Source of the DNA: Armatimonadota bacterium
GTDB lineage: Bacteria; Armatimonadota; Fimbriimonadia; Fimbriimonadales; Fimbriimonadaceae
DNA: 64,000 nucleotides
Direction: 5' to 3'
Assembly (NCBI GenBank): GCA_031430115.1
Contig: JANPAV010000153.1
Span: 19,880-83,879, forward strand
In this document: piece after piece, positions 9,858-19,369 of the stretch
Layout: every line of letters begins with the position of its first letter
How positions within the stretch are numbered: position 1 is the stretch's first letter
Made by a program: the position numbers and the translations under genes
The notes under the pieces: model-generated
Seen by the model: the letters and a program-made list of their open reading frames with translations, nothing else
Told to the model about the DNA's origin: nothing
The model's database searches: none

Positions 9858-10810
9858 ACTGCCTCAGGAGCTGGCTTTTTCGCGAATCGAGCCTTGAAGC
9901 GATCAAACCAAGCGGCAACTTCTTCGCCTTCATAAAACGAGAGATATAGTGTGGACATGAGGTACCCGAACAAAGGAATATTCATCGAGTAATCAATGTA
10001 TCCGTGGAGCATCAATCCGGACAAGAGCACCCATTTCCGTAGGGGTTTGAACCAGACTAACGTGGCAAGCGCAAATTCAACTGCTAATGTTCCCCAAGTC
10101 GTAAGATACACCATCGGAAATTGATTGAAAAATGCTGGAACTGGAAATCGATCGAATTCATGCAATCTGGCTGGATACCATGTAGCGGATCCACCCTTCC
10201 AAAGATGTCCAAACCACTTTGCCCAAGTAGTGGTGAAGTAAATCAGGCAGCAATTGTAGGCTATGAGTCGCTGAGGCCATAGGGATACCATCGGTGGAAT
10301 TGCCGGTGCAATTCCCTTACGGAGAGCAATAAGGCGATCGAGCGAGAATGCTGCGCCAGATGGAGCAATTGCCATATAGATCGCAGAAATTCTTACAACA
10401 GTGTCTCCACCGTGAAGAATTGAGGTGTTTCGGTGATGCAGCGTAATGGCCCCGATGGCAAGGCAAATTGAAGCTACTCGAGTAAACAGCCCTAGGCTGG
10501 TGAGGAGAGCCGCAATTAATACAAAGATGTTAAAGGCGACCAGAACTCGATAATCTGTGACTCCGTGTAGTGGATCAATTCTCGGATAGTGGATGCTTCC
10601 ATCTTGGACCAAATAAACATCCTTGTTCATTGCCAATGAACCCATCCACCCTGGATAGTAACCCTGCTCAGAGTAGAAGTCCTTGAAGAAGACCGAGATC
10701 ATCGCGAAGTTGATAAAGATCAGCCCGCCCATGATCGCGCGAAAAACTCCCATCGTGACCGGGCTTCCGTATTTAAACCAATAGTTGTACAGAATCTTAA
10801 TGGATTCCAA
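9854..10810 (-). CDS. HTTM-domain membrane protein (SdpB/vitamin K-dependent carboxylase-like)
   Basis: LGLFTR, HHRNTSILHGGD, FSLD, IYFTTTWAKWFGHLWKGG, LTTWGTLAVE and LHGYIDYSMNIPLFGY; polytopic. The TTG start is uncertain. Confidence 0.8.
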   Translation of the reverse strand: MESIKILYNYWFKYGSPVTMGVFRAIMGGLIFINFAMISVFFKDFYSEQGYYPGWMGSLAMNKDVYLVQDGSIHYPRIDPLHGVTDYRVLVAFNIFVLIAALLTSLGLFTRVASICLAIGAITLHHRNTSILHGGDTVVRISAIYMAIAPSGAAFSLDRLIALRKGIAPAIPPMVSLWPQRLIAYNCCLIYFTTTWAKWFGHLWKGGSATWYPARLHEFDRFPVPAFFNQFPMVYLTTWGTLAVEFALATLVWFKPLRKWVLLSGLMLHGYIDYSMNIPLFGYLMSTLYLSFYEGEEVAAWFDRFKARFAKKPAPEAV

Positions 10811-11495
10811 GCTTCCACCCCTTGTCCATAAAAAGTTTGTGCTGATCGACTACGTACGTGAAGAAAGGGTACGACCCATAAGGCGGTTCGGTTGGCGTTT
10901 GCTTGTCATGTCTCATCACTTCTTGAAAGTGCCGGAATAGGGTGACACTAACCGGTGGGCTGGATTGATCTGTTGCGGTTTTAAGGGCAATTGCTTGAGC
11001 AAATGGAGACCAGAAATAGGGGTTTTCTTCTAAATTCACCCGCTCGAAAAACTTTCGGTATCTCTCCTGCATAAATTTGTCAGGGATTGAGGAGGTTTTC
11101 ATCCTCGGATATTGGAACATGGTTTTTGTTCCGTCAAGAAATGTTACTTCTGCATCACCCCAAATATCGGTTTGAGCGGGATCTGGAGCAAACATATCCC
11201 AGTACTGCCAAAAACCGGTCGGATACAAATAGCCGTAAAAAACGGCCCATTGCTTCATTTCCCGAACGTTAAATGCAAGCAAGGCATCGCTGCCACGAGG
11301 ACTGACTTTTCCAGACAGGACATCGTTGCTTGGCTTTGGCAGGGCATAGATCGTAATCGCAACAATGTGATACGCAACGAAAGCAACCACTACCGGATGA
11401 ACCTTGGGCACAACTGCTGGGACAGGTGTCACAGCAGTTGATGCCTTTACTTTGTCTTTGACCGCAGATTTCTTCGCCGCAGTTTTTTTTGCCAC
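10797..11495 (-). CDS. Membrane-anchored DUF5819/SdpA-like protein
   Basis: Lys-rich N-terminus, one TM helix, QYWDMFAPDP (W-x-MFAP-x-P) and ERYRKF; directly upstream of the HTTM gene. Confidence 0.55.
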   Translation of the reverse strand: MAKKTAAKKSAVKDKVKASTAVTPVPAVVPKVHPVVVAFVAYHIVAITIYALPKPSNDVLSGKVSPRGSDALLAFNVREMKQWAVFYGYLYPTGFWQYWDMFAPDPAQTDIWGDAEVTFLDGTKTMFQYPRMKTSSIPDKFMQERYRKFFERVNLEENPYFWSPFAQAIALKTATDQSSPPVSVTLFRHFQEVMRHDKQTPTEPPYGSYPFFTYVVDQHKLFMDKGWKLGIH

Positions 11496-11504
11496 GGAAA
11501 GATT

Positions 11505-13352
11505 CTACTGCTGAAGTTCAGCAAGAATGTCTTTCAATTCTTCTCTCATGTCAGGATTTTGGCTGACAACTTGATTAATCTGCTCCGCTATTTGCTTTGC
11601 TTCTTCCACGTGTCCGGCTCGCTTGGCAGCAATACCTAAGTTAATGAATATTCCAAAGCTCTGTTGATTATTCGAAAAGGCATATTGCAAGAATTGCCAT
11701 GCTTCTTCGTGCTTTTCTTGGCCATTGAGTGCTTCTCGGAGCTCGCCATAAGCTGGTTCACAGCCCGGGAATATCTCAAGAAGTTGCTTTGCGGCGGCTT
11801 CAGCTTCAACATGGTCACCGAGTTTGTTAAATGCTGAACTGAGGACAGCCCACATCTTCCAGTAATCAGCCAGCCAATTTTTGAGCGGCTTCAGATCCCG
11901 AATCGCTCCTTCCGCGTCTCCGGCAGCAAGCTTTTCTTGCGCTAATTGAACGCTTTCAACTCGCTTTGGTTGCTCCAGTTCAATGAGCCAAGCTTGGGTG
12001 TTCGCCCGAGTGTTTGGATCTGGATTCGACTTGAGAATTGTTTGAAGTACTTGTGGAACTTCGAATTCACGATCGGCAGCTTGCAAAGTTTGTGCATATT
12101 CGACCAGCATTGGAACATCGTTTGGTGAAACGTCGATGCAGTCTTCGTAAAAGTCCATAGCTCGGTCAAGGTCATCGTTTTGAGCCAAATAAGGCGCATA
12201 AAATCTCTTGATCAAAAGGTTATCTTCGAGAACTTCGAGGCCAGTTTCAAAGGCTCGCTCACCTTCTTCTTTTTTGCCGTTTTGGATGAGAGAAGTTGCA
12301 TATTTTGCATGGGCATTTGCATTTTGACTATCAGCATCAATGATTCCTTTCCAAAGAGCAGGCACTTCATGGATTCGACCAGTAGCACTGAGAACTCCAG
12401 TCAAAAAGTCCATGCTTGGTTTCTCTGGTCCTTCCATTTCAATAGCTTTTTTGAAGTTTCGTTCGGCATTTACAAACATATTCATGCTTGCCTGAGCGTT
12501 TCCGAGACGATTGAGGATCGCGGGATCTTCTGGATTTAGCTGAGTAGCCTTTTCGAAATAGTCAATTGCCTTTGGCATTTGGTTGGCGGCTTGGAAAAGC
12601 TCACCCAATGCAAAGAAGGCGCCAAAATCTTCAGGCACGAGTTCAGTTGCTTTCACCAAAGTTTGTTCGATTAACTCAAATGTTCCAATTTGGTAGGCGG
12701 TACAAGCTCGGCAAAGTCCAACCAGCACTTGATATGGACCATCAAATTCTTTATCGCCTTCGACAGCTTCAATCAATGTCGCGATGGCACCTTCGGGGTT
12801 GAATTCCCGTGCAACCATTCCGTTAGCTTGCTGGATATAGTTCAGCGCATCGTAGCCTTCTAAGAACTTGAGGAATACTTCTGGATTGTCGGTTCCATAT
12901 TCCATGGAATCTCCAGCTAAATTCTCAGACAGAGAAATATCTGCTTTAGCCGCAAGCTTTTTGACAAGCATATGGAGGACATCAAAAACATTTTCAGGTG
13001 CGAACGGATATGTTTCGACTTCGCCACCCTCTAAGTTGTCTTTCATTGTGTATCGAACATTTAGCTCGAGACCATTGTCGGTATTTTTAACAAGACCATC
13101 AACGGCTAGATCAACGGCAGATTGTGAGAACAGATCTTTAAGCTGATCAGGCTCAATCATCCCGTCAGAAATATTGACGAATGCGGTTCTGGCAACTCCA
13201 TCTTGTTCGACCTGAGTCAAGAATGAAACGGACTGAATATCTGCTTCAGTGTTGCTTCTCAGTTGGTCGGCAACAAATGCAGAAATTTGCCTTCCTATTT
13301 GGGGTTTTGTACCCTCTCCAGCATTTAACGGTAAGACAGCAACTTTTAACAC
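11505..13352 (-). CDS. Tetratricopeptide-repeat protein with a TolB-N/CsgG-like N-terminal domain
   Basis: KVAVLPLN N-terminus and many TPR units (e.g. AFFALGELFQAANQMPKAIDYFEKATQLNPED). Start moved to GTG 13352, which avoids overlap with tdh and sits 7 nt after TACACT. Confidence 0.8.
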   Translation of the reverse strand: MLKVAVLPLNAGEGTKPQIGRQISAFVADQLRSNTEADIQSVSFLTQVEQDGVARTAFVNISDGMIEPDQLKDLFSQSAVDLAVDGLVKNTDNGLELNVRYTMKDNLEGGEVETYPFAPENVFDVLHMLVKKLAAKADISLSENLAGDSMEYGTDNPEVFLKFLEGYDALNYIQQANGMVAREFNPEGAIATLIEAVEGDKEFDGPYQVLVGLCRACTAYQIGTFELIEQTLVKATELVPEDFGAFFALGELFQAANQMPKAIDYFEKATQLNPEDPAILNRLGNAQASMNMFVNAERNFKKAIEMEGPEKPSMDFLTGVLSATGRIHEVPALWKGIIDADSQNANAHAKYATSLIQNGKKEEGERAFETGLEVLEDNLLIKRFYAPYLAQNDDLDRAMDFYEDCIDVSPNDVPMLVEYAQTLQAADREFEVPQVLQTILKSNPDPNTRANTQAWLIELEQPKRVESVQLAQEKLAAGDAEGAIRDLKPLKNWLADYWKMWAVLSSAFNKLGDHVEAEAAAKQLLEIFPGCEPAYGELREALNGQEKHEEAWQFLQYAFSNNQQSFGIFINLGIAAKRAGHVEEAKQIAEQINQVVSQNPDMREELKDILAELQQ

Positions 13353-13387
13353 GACTGATAGTGTACCGGGCGAGTAAAATTTGTCGC
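13353..13387. promoter_or_regulatory. Back-to-back -10 elements of divergent, probably leaderless promoters
   Basis: Minus-strand TACACT (13365-13360) and plus-strand TAAAAT (13375-13380), each exactly 7 nt before a GTG start. No Shine-Dalgarno on either side. Confidence 0.6.
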
Positions 13388-14419
13388 GTGAAAGCGATCG
13401 CAAAGACGCGACCGGAAGCCGGCGTAGAAATTATAGAAGTACCTGAACCAATGGTTCGAGCTGGTTGCGTCAAGATCAAACTTGAAGCTGCCTCAGTGTG
13501 TGGGACTGACCTACATATCTATAACTGGGACCCCTGGGCTGCTGGTCGAATAAAACCACCAAGAATTATTGGACATGAATTTTGTGGGTCGGTCGTTGAT
13601 GTTGGCGAAGGCGTAACCGAGCGATCCATTGGTGACTTTGTCTCAAGTGAGAGTCATATTGTTTGTGGGCATTGCCTCCAGTGCAGAATGGGTCAAGCTC
13701 ACGTCTGTGTCAACACTCAGATACTTGGCGTTGACGTTGATGGTGGATTTGCCGAATATGCCGTGATTCCCTGGGAGAATGCGCGCTTGACTCCAAAGTC
13801 GATTTCTCCGTTGATCGCAGCATTTCAAGATGCTTTGGGAAATGCGGTTCACACAGCGATGTCGGGTCCAATCGAGGGCCGAACGGTACTCATCACCGGT
13901 ATGGGTCCTATTGGCCAGTTTGCGGTTTCAATTTGTCGAGCCCTTGGCGCCAAGGCCGTATATGCGACGGAAATAAGTGAATATCGAGCTGAAATCGCGA
14001 GAAAGGTTGGTGCAGACCAAGTCTTTAATCCAATTCAAGTTAATGTTGCGGATGAGTTAGCCAAAATCCATCCTGAAGGTGTTGATTGCGTTCTCGAAAT
14101 GTCAGGACATCCTTCTCAACTTAGCTTGGGAGTGCAAGTTGTAAGGCCTGGAGGCCGAATTTCGCTACTCGGCGTTTATGCCGACGTATCGCAATCGATT
14201 AATATGAATGACCTTATTTTTAAAGGCATTGATATTCACTGCATCGTCGGAAGAAAGCTCTGGCAAACTTGGGATCAAATGTCGGAGTTGCTTTCCAGTG
14301 GAAAATTAATTCTTGACCCAGTAGTTACTCATGTCATGCATTACACTCAGTTTCAAGACGCAATGGAGCTTATGAAAGCCGGGAAAGCGGGCAAAGTTGT
14401 TTTTAAATTTGACGGCTAG
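13388..14419 (+). CDS. tdh: L-threonine 3-dehydrogenase
   Basis: VCGTDLHIYNWDPWA, GHEFCG, structural Zn CGHCLQC..C, LGNAVHT and GMGPIG. Start at GTG 13388. Confidence 0.93.
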   Translation: MKAIAKTRPEAGVEIIEVPEPMVRAGCVKIKLEAASVCGTDLHIYNWDPWAAGRIKPPRIIGHEFCGSVVDVGEGVTERSIGDFVSSESHIVCGHCLQCRMGQAHVCVNTQILGVDVDGGFAEYAVIPWENARLTPKSISPLIAAFQDALGNAVHTAMSGPIEGRTVLITGMGPIGQFAVSICRALGAKAVYATEISEYRAEIARKVGADQVFNPIQVNVADELAKIHPEGVDCVLEMSGHPSQLSLGVQVVRPGGRISLLGVYADVSQSINMNDLIFKGIDIHCIVGRKLWQTWDQMSELLSSGKLILDPVVTHVMHYTQFQDAMELMKAGKAGKVVFKFDG

Positions 14420-14427
14420 GCGGCGCT

Positions 14428-15426
14428 TTACTTCGATTCAAAAAGTCCAGAATTTAAGTTTCCAGCAATCTTATCGAGTGACCATTGGAGTTCAGCGTCA
14501 AGGCTGGCTCCAATATTGGAACGAAACGTCTGCAAGTCTAACTTCAAGGGTCTACCTCCGAGATTAGCCAATGCCCGTTGGGCTTGCCCATAGCTTCCAT
14601 TGGAGTGTTCTTCAATCGATGAAGCAACGCCAGTACTGGTCCAATCGGCAATAACCACTGGGCGATGTGCTCGGATTGCATTCGAGGCTCCCAGCCACGA
14701 ACCACCTTGACGATATCTGGCCGAGCAAACGACAGTCATATGCCCAAATGCATAGATCAAATTATTTCGTTCCATTGCTCGGGCAGAACTGAAAGACTCA
14801 CTTGGACCGCAAGCCGAAATCGCATAACCCCATAAGTCTGGTGGTATGTTTTTTATGCCGTGAGGAAGAATGTGCACTACTTCGCTTCCTGCCCCAAGTG
14901 CTGCTCTTCCAAAAGCCGAGTCGCAGCCCGCAGCTCCACCAGAGACCGCCAAATAGCCATTGGTTGCGGTCCAACGGCCAACTTCCGTGGCAATTGCCAG
15001 TCCAATAGAAAGAGGAACTCGGCACCCGACGGCGGAGATACTTATTCTTTCCGTATCATCGTTGTTATTCCAAGGCTGGATTTGACGAAGACCGGGTTCA
15101 CTGATCCATAGAATTGGCGGTGCGCTATCACCAAGATTTGTCTTAAGGATTTTTGGATAACAACTGCACCCTAGCGTTATAATTTTTCCGCTTTCAAGTT
15201 GCTTTTGTGCCCCTTCTAAGGTCGCTTCATTACTGAGGTAGATAGCTTCTTGGTTAAAGTTGTCTTTTTGAAGTGCTTCAATTACCTCAAACCATGACAA
15301 TTCCCTATCTACATCCATATTCTGCCTTAGGCACGAGAGGATCAACGACGGTCGGGCAACACGGGCTAAGGAACGTATATCAGTTCCACCGTAGAGAGCC
15401 GCCACAACTGTACTGAGCATCTGCAT
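14428..15426 (-). CDS. dprA: DprA/Smf-like DNA-processing protein (divergent)
   Basis: YPKIL..APPILW, SAVGCR, VSGGAAGCD, AMERNNLIYA and GGSWLGA resemble DprA Rossmann-fold motifs. Confidence 0.7.
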   Translation of the reverse strand: MQMLSTVVAALYGGTDIRSLARVARPSLILSCLRQNMDVDRELSWFEVIEALQKDNFNQEAIYLSNEATLEGAQKQLESGKIITLGCSCYPKILKTNLGDSAPPILWISEPGLRQIQPWNNNDDTERISISAVGCRVPLSIGLAIATEVGRWTATNGYLAVSGGAAGCDSAFGRAALGAGSEVVHILPHGIKNIPPDLWGYAISACGPSESFSSARAMERNNLIYAFGHMTVVCSARYRQGGSWLGASNAIRAHRPVVIADWTSTGVASSIEEHSNGSYGQAQRALANLGGRPLKLDLQTFRSNIGASLDAELQWSLDKIAGNLNSGLFESK

Positions 15427-15509
15427 AGTAGTAATCTGTCGGTCATAATATCACATTTTATCACAGGAATACTGCTCAAATTCTTAGTAAACTGCCCAAT
15501 GCCACCACG

Positions 15510-18500
15510 ATGTTAAAACACTCTGACTTAACCCTGAGACGAATTAGTCTCTTTCTCAAAACCGAGTTAAAGCCAAGGATATTTGGAGCGCGCGAGTCGC
15601 TCTTGATTGAAATCAATTCAAATCCTTGCAAAAATCAAAAGGAAGCTGAAAAAGGACCATGGGAAGTAATTGAAAAGGGATTCGAGTATGGTCCGGCATA
15701 TTCAACATTTTGGTTTAGGTTGTCGGGAAAAGTGCCGAAGGATTGGGCTGGTCATGAGGTTGTCGTCCATGCCGAGATTGGCAGTGAACGAACACTGTGG
15801 AAGGACAACTCGCCATTTCGAGGCGTTGACTATGAGCACACAGACTTTGGTTTTCTGACTGGTGGAACACTCCCAACTGAAGGGCCGGTTGATGGTGGCG
15901 AAAAAGTCAGTTACATCATTCAGGCTTACACCAAGAATCCGCAATGCCGTGTGCACCTCAAAGAATTGCCTCGACAAGATAAGGTGGAAAAAGTTGAATT
16001 TGCTGACTTGGTGGTGGTAAATAACAACGTAAAGACCCTTTATTTCGATCTGGATTTTGCCCTAAACCTGTTGGAGTCACTTCCCCAAGATGATCCGGGG
16101 TTTCATACCGTCCTGAGATCCCTCAATGACGTGGTGAACTTCTTTGCCAAGGATGGTGAAGAGTCGATCCAACGAAGTCGAAAAGTGATCAAGGACGCTC
16201 TTGGGAGCCTAAACTCTGAATTTAAACACACAATATATCCGGTTGGTCATGCTCATTTAGATACTGCTTGGCTGTGGCCAATTTCAATTACGAAAAAGAA
16301 GATGGCCCATACAACAGCGACTCAATTGTCGCTCATGGAGAAGTATCCAAACTATGTGTTTGTCCATTCTCAGGCAAGTCAGTACGAGTGGTTAGAACTT
16401 GAGTATCCCAAACTTTTTGAGAGAGTCAAAGGCGCTATTATTCGGGGGCAATGGGAGCCAGTAGGTTCCATGTGGGTTGAAGCTGATTGCAACTTAACCG
16501 GCGCTGAATCCCTTATTCGTCAGTTCCTTTACGGCAAACGGTACTTTAAGGAAAAACTAGGATATACAACTCACGATATGTGGCTACCGGATGTGTTCGG
16601 CTATTCGGCAGCCTTGCCACAAATACTCGAAAAGTTCAATATAAGCTACTTTCTGACTCAAAAAATCAGTTGGAATCAGTTCAATAAGTTTCCCCACCAT
16701 ACGTTTTGGTGGCAAGGAATTGACGGAACAAAAGTTTGGTCCCACTTCCCGCCAGCAGATACATACAACGCTTCATGCGAGCCCAAAGAAGTAATTCAGT
16801 CGGTCAAAAATTACAAAGATCATGCCCGGGCGGAGAACTCTTTGTATGTTTTTGGGCACGGTGATGGTGGAGGCGGACCAACTGAGCGACACATGGAATT
16901 TATTAAGCGTGGAAGGTTGGCGCCAAATTATCCCGAAGTGATGTTCGGCAAGAAAGCAATAGATTTTTTCCGCGAAGCCAAAGCTAAGAGTAAAGATTTG
17001 ATGACGTGGGTCGGAGAACTCTATTTGGAACTCCATCGAGGAACTTATACAAGTCAGGCGGCAAATAAGAAATCAAATCGCTCATGTGAGTTCCTACTGA
17101 GGGATGCAGATTGGCTGAGCTGTTTTACCGGAAGCAATCATCCATCGAAAAAGCTCGAAGATGCTTGGAAGCTCGTGCTTCTTAACCAATTCCACGACAT
17201 CATTCCAGGTTCCTCGGTAAACGAAGTCTATGTGGACAGTAAGGTCGACTATGAGGCTGTTGAGAAAGCCGGGAAAGAAGTGATTCAGGAGTCATTGGTT
17301 CAAATTTCAAAGAACCTTGATTCGTCAGGGTTTGGCAAGCCAATTGCTGTCTTTCAAAATGGTAACGTTCCAACTCAATCTGCAGTTGAGTGGACGAGTG
17401 AAGAAATTCCGGTGGGAATTAAAGTAGGTGATGAATTCCTGCCCACTCAACTTGTCGAAGAGTTTGGCGAGCGAAAACTGATTTTTGAAACTCCCCAAGA
17501 TGCTCTTAGTGCGGTTGCAATTGGCGATTTCAAGGATTTTGGAAGTCCGATCAAAAACCGATTGAAAGCTTCAGCGAGGAAAATTGAGAATGATCAATTT
17601 TCGGTTCGATTCGATGTAAACGGAAATATTTCTTCGATTCAAAGTCTTGAAGACGGAACGGAATTTGTCGAGCCAGGAAAGCTTGCCAATGTCTTTCAGT
17701 TGATGGAAGATAAGCCGCTATTTTGGAGTGCATGGGATGTGGATGTTTATGCCTATGAGACAATACAGGACTTGCTTAAAAGCGATAGTGTAGAAATTGT
17801 TGAAAAGGGGCCCGTTCGAGTTGCGGTTGAAATCGTCAAAAAATTCGGGAATTCAACAATTCGGCAACGGATTTCCCTTGGTCCAACGCCCGGTATTCGA
17901 TTTGATACCGAGATTGATTGGCATGAAGAAGACAAGATGCTCAAAGTTGCCTTTCCGGTTAATATCAACGCCGCTAAAGCCAATTTCGAAATTCAGTTTG
18001 GAAATGTGGAGCGACCAACGCATTACAACACAAGTTGGGATATGGCGAGGTTTGAAGTTTGTGCTCAGAAATGGGTTGATTTGAGCGAAGGAGACCTTGG
18101 AGTTGCACTGCTCAACGATGGTAAGTATGGACACGATATTAACGGAAACCTGATGAGAATGTCGTTGCTTCGAGCACCAAAGGCGCCTGATCCGATGTGC
18201 GATATGGGCATTCATCGATTTAGTTACGTTTTGTTGCCTCACTTCGGCCCCTATAACTATGCTGATGTTGTTCATGCGGCATATGCCCATAATTCCCCTT
18301 TAAGGTACGCGTTCATTGAGCCAACATCGGGTTCGGCAGAACAAATGGATCCACTCGTAACCTGTGATGATCGAAACATTGTTATTGAAACCGTCAAGAA
18401 GGCTGAGGATTCAGATGATCTGATCGTAAGGCTGTATGAATGTCACAACAGTCGAGGGCATGCAGAGCTGTATTGCATTAATATCCCAAGTGAAGCCGTT

Positions 18501-18608
18501 ATTTGCGACCTCGAAGAGAACGAAATCGGCGAATTGGAAGTCTCTGATGGTCTGGTCCAGTTTTCCTACAAGCCGTTCGAGATCATCACGATCAAGTTGA
18601 AACGATAG
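15510..18608 (+). CDS. Alpha-mannosidase, glycoside hydrolase family 38
   Basis: GHAHLDTAWLWP, WLPDVFGYS, GHGDGGGGPT, GELYLELHRGTYTS, NQFHDIIPGSS and SLLRAP. Confidence 0.95.
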   Translation: MLKHSDLTLRRISLFLKTELKPRIFGARESLLIEINSNPCKNQKEAEKGPWEVIEKGFEYGPAYSTFWFRLSGKVPKDWAGHEVVVHAEIGSERTLWKDNSPFRGVDYEHTDFGFLTGGTLPTEGPVDGGEKVSYIIQAYTKNPQCRVHLKELPRQDKVEKVEFADLVVVNNNVKTLYFDLDFALNLLESLPQDDPGFHTVLRSLNDVVNFFAKDGEESIQRSRKVIKDALGSLNSEFKHTIYPVGHAHLDTAWLWPISITKKKMAHTTATQLSLMEKYPNYVFVHSQASQYEWLELEYPKLFERVKGAIIRGQWEPVGSMWVEADCNLTGAESLIRQFLYGKRYFKEKLGYTTHDMWLPDVFGYSAALPQILEKFNISYFLTQKISWNQFNKFPHHTFWWQGIDGTKVWSHFPPADTYNASCEPKEVIQSVKNYKDHARAENSLYVFGHGDGGGGPTERHMEFIKRGRLAPNYPEVMFGKKAIDFFREAKAKSKDLMTWVGELYLELHRGTYTSQAANKKSNRSCEFLLRDADWLSCFTGSNHPSKKLEDAWKLVLLNQFHDIIPGSSVNEVYVDSKVDYEAVEKAGKEVIQESLVQISKNLDSSGFGKPIAVFQNGNVPTQSAVEWTSEEIPVGIKVGDEFLPTQLVEEFGERKLIFETPQDALSAVAIGDFKDFGSPIKNRLKASARKIENDQFSVRFDVNGNISSIQSLEDGTEFVEPGKLANVFQLMEDKPLFWSAWDVDVYAYETIQDLLKSDSVEIVEKGPVRVAVEIVKKFGNSTIRQRISLGPTPGIRFDTEIDWHEEDKMLKVAFPVNINAAKANFEIQFGNVERPTHYNTSWDMARFEVCAQKWVDLSEGDLGVALLNDGKYGHDINGNLMRMSLLRAPKAPDPMCDMGIHRFSYVLLPHFGPYNYADVVHAAYAHNSPLRYAFIEPTSGSAEQMDPLVTCDDRNIVIETVKKAEDSDDLIVRLYECHNSRGHAELYCINIPSEAVICDLEENEIGELEVSDGLVQFSYKPFEIITIKLKR

Positions 18609-18610
18609 CC

Positions 18611-19369
18611 ATGATTGCCACCCTTGCCTGTCTATTCTTTATGAAATCTGACCTAGTAGAAGTGGTCGAGGGCAATTTGCCAATAGTATTTACTGCCCCT
18701 CACGGGGGCACCAGTGCTATTCCTGGTGCGGCAGCGCGAATCAATAAGTCTTTGCCTGGATTCGTGACGGTGAATGATACAAGGACGGATACCTTGGCTC
18801 GCGAAACCGCTCTCGAAGTTGAAAAATACTTTGACAAAAAGCCTTGGGTCGTCATTGCAAAGTTTTCGCGAAAGTACGCCGATGTGAATCGCCCGGCGAA
18901 GTTTGGGGCGGAGTCTGACGCAGCTAGGGAGCAACACAAGTTGTATCACGAGGCAGTCCGGCATGCGGTCGATTCTGTAAGGGCAAAATTTGGGAGAGGA
19001 ATTCTGGTAGATTTTCACGGTCAAGCCGCGGAAAAAGAATTTGTTTTTCGTGGAACTCAAAATTTGAAGTCAGTTGGTGTTGTATCCGATGAGATGCTTT
19101 CGGGAGAAAAGTCTTTTTTGAGAGTTCTTGAAAAATTGGGCGTAAAGATTACGCCGGATGCTAGTCATGCTCGTGATAAGGAGCATCCTAAGTTTAATGG
19201 CGGTCATACGATGCAAACGTATGGTTTAGCGCAGGCAAACGGAATATTCGCCGTCCAGCTTGAGTTTGGTAGCTCTTACCGATCGGTAAAAGGAATTCCA
19301 GAAACTGCGAAGAAGGTTGCGGAGGCAATGAAAAGCCACGTTGATGCTTTCTTTAACTCTAACCAATGA
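18611..19369 (+). CDS. N-formylglutamate amidohydrolase-family protein
   Basis: PIVFTAPHGG, DTRT, SRKYADVNR, LVDFHG and AVQLEFG; short hydrophobic N-terminus. Confidence 0.75.
   Translation: MIATLACLFFMKSDLVEVVEGNLPIVFTAPHGGTSAIPGAAARINKSLPGFVTVNDTRTDTLARETALEVEKYFDKKPWVVIAKFSRKYADVNRPAKFGAESDAAREQHKLYHEAVRHAVDSVRAKFGRGILVDFHGQAAEKEFVFRGTQNLKSVGVVSDEMLSGEKSFLRVLEKLGVKITPDASHARDKEHPKFNGGHTMQTYGLAQANGIFAVQLEFGSSYRSVKGIPETAKKVAEAMKSHVDAFFNSNQ

Noticed and set aside
13181-13403. Apparent 223-bp head-to-head overlap of tdh and the TPR gene in the ORF track
   Set aside because: An artefact of longest-ORF start calling; GTG 13388 and GTG 13352 give non-overlapping genes, each with a -10 box.
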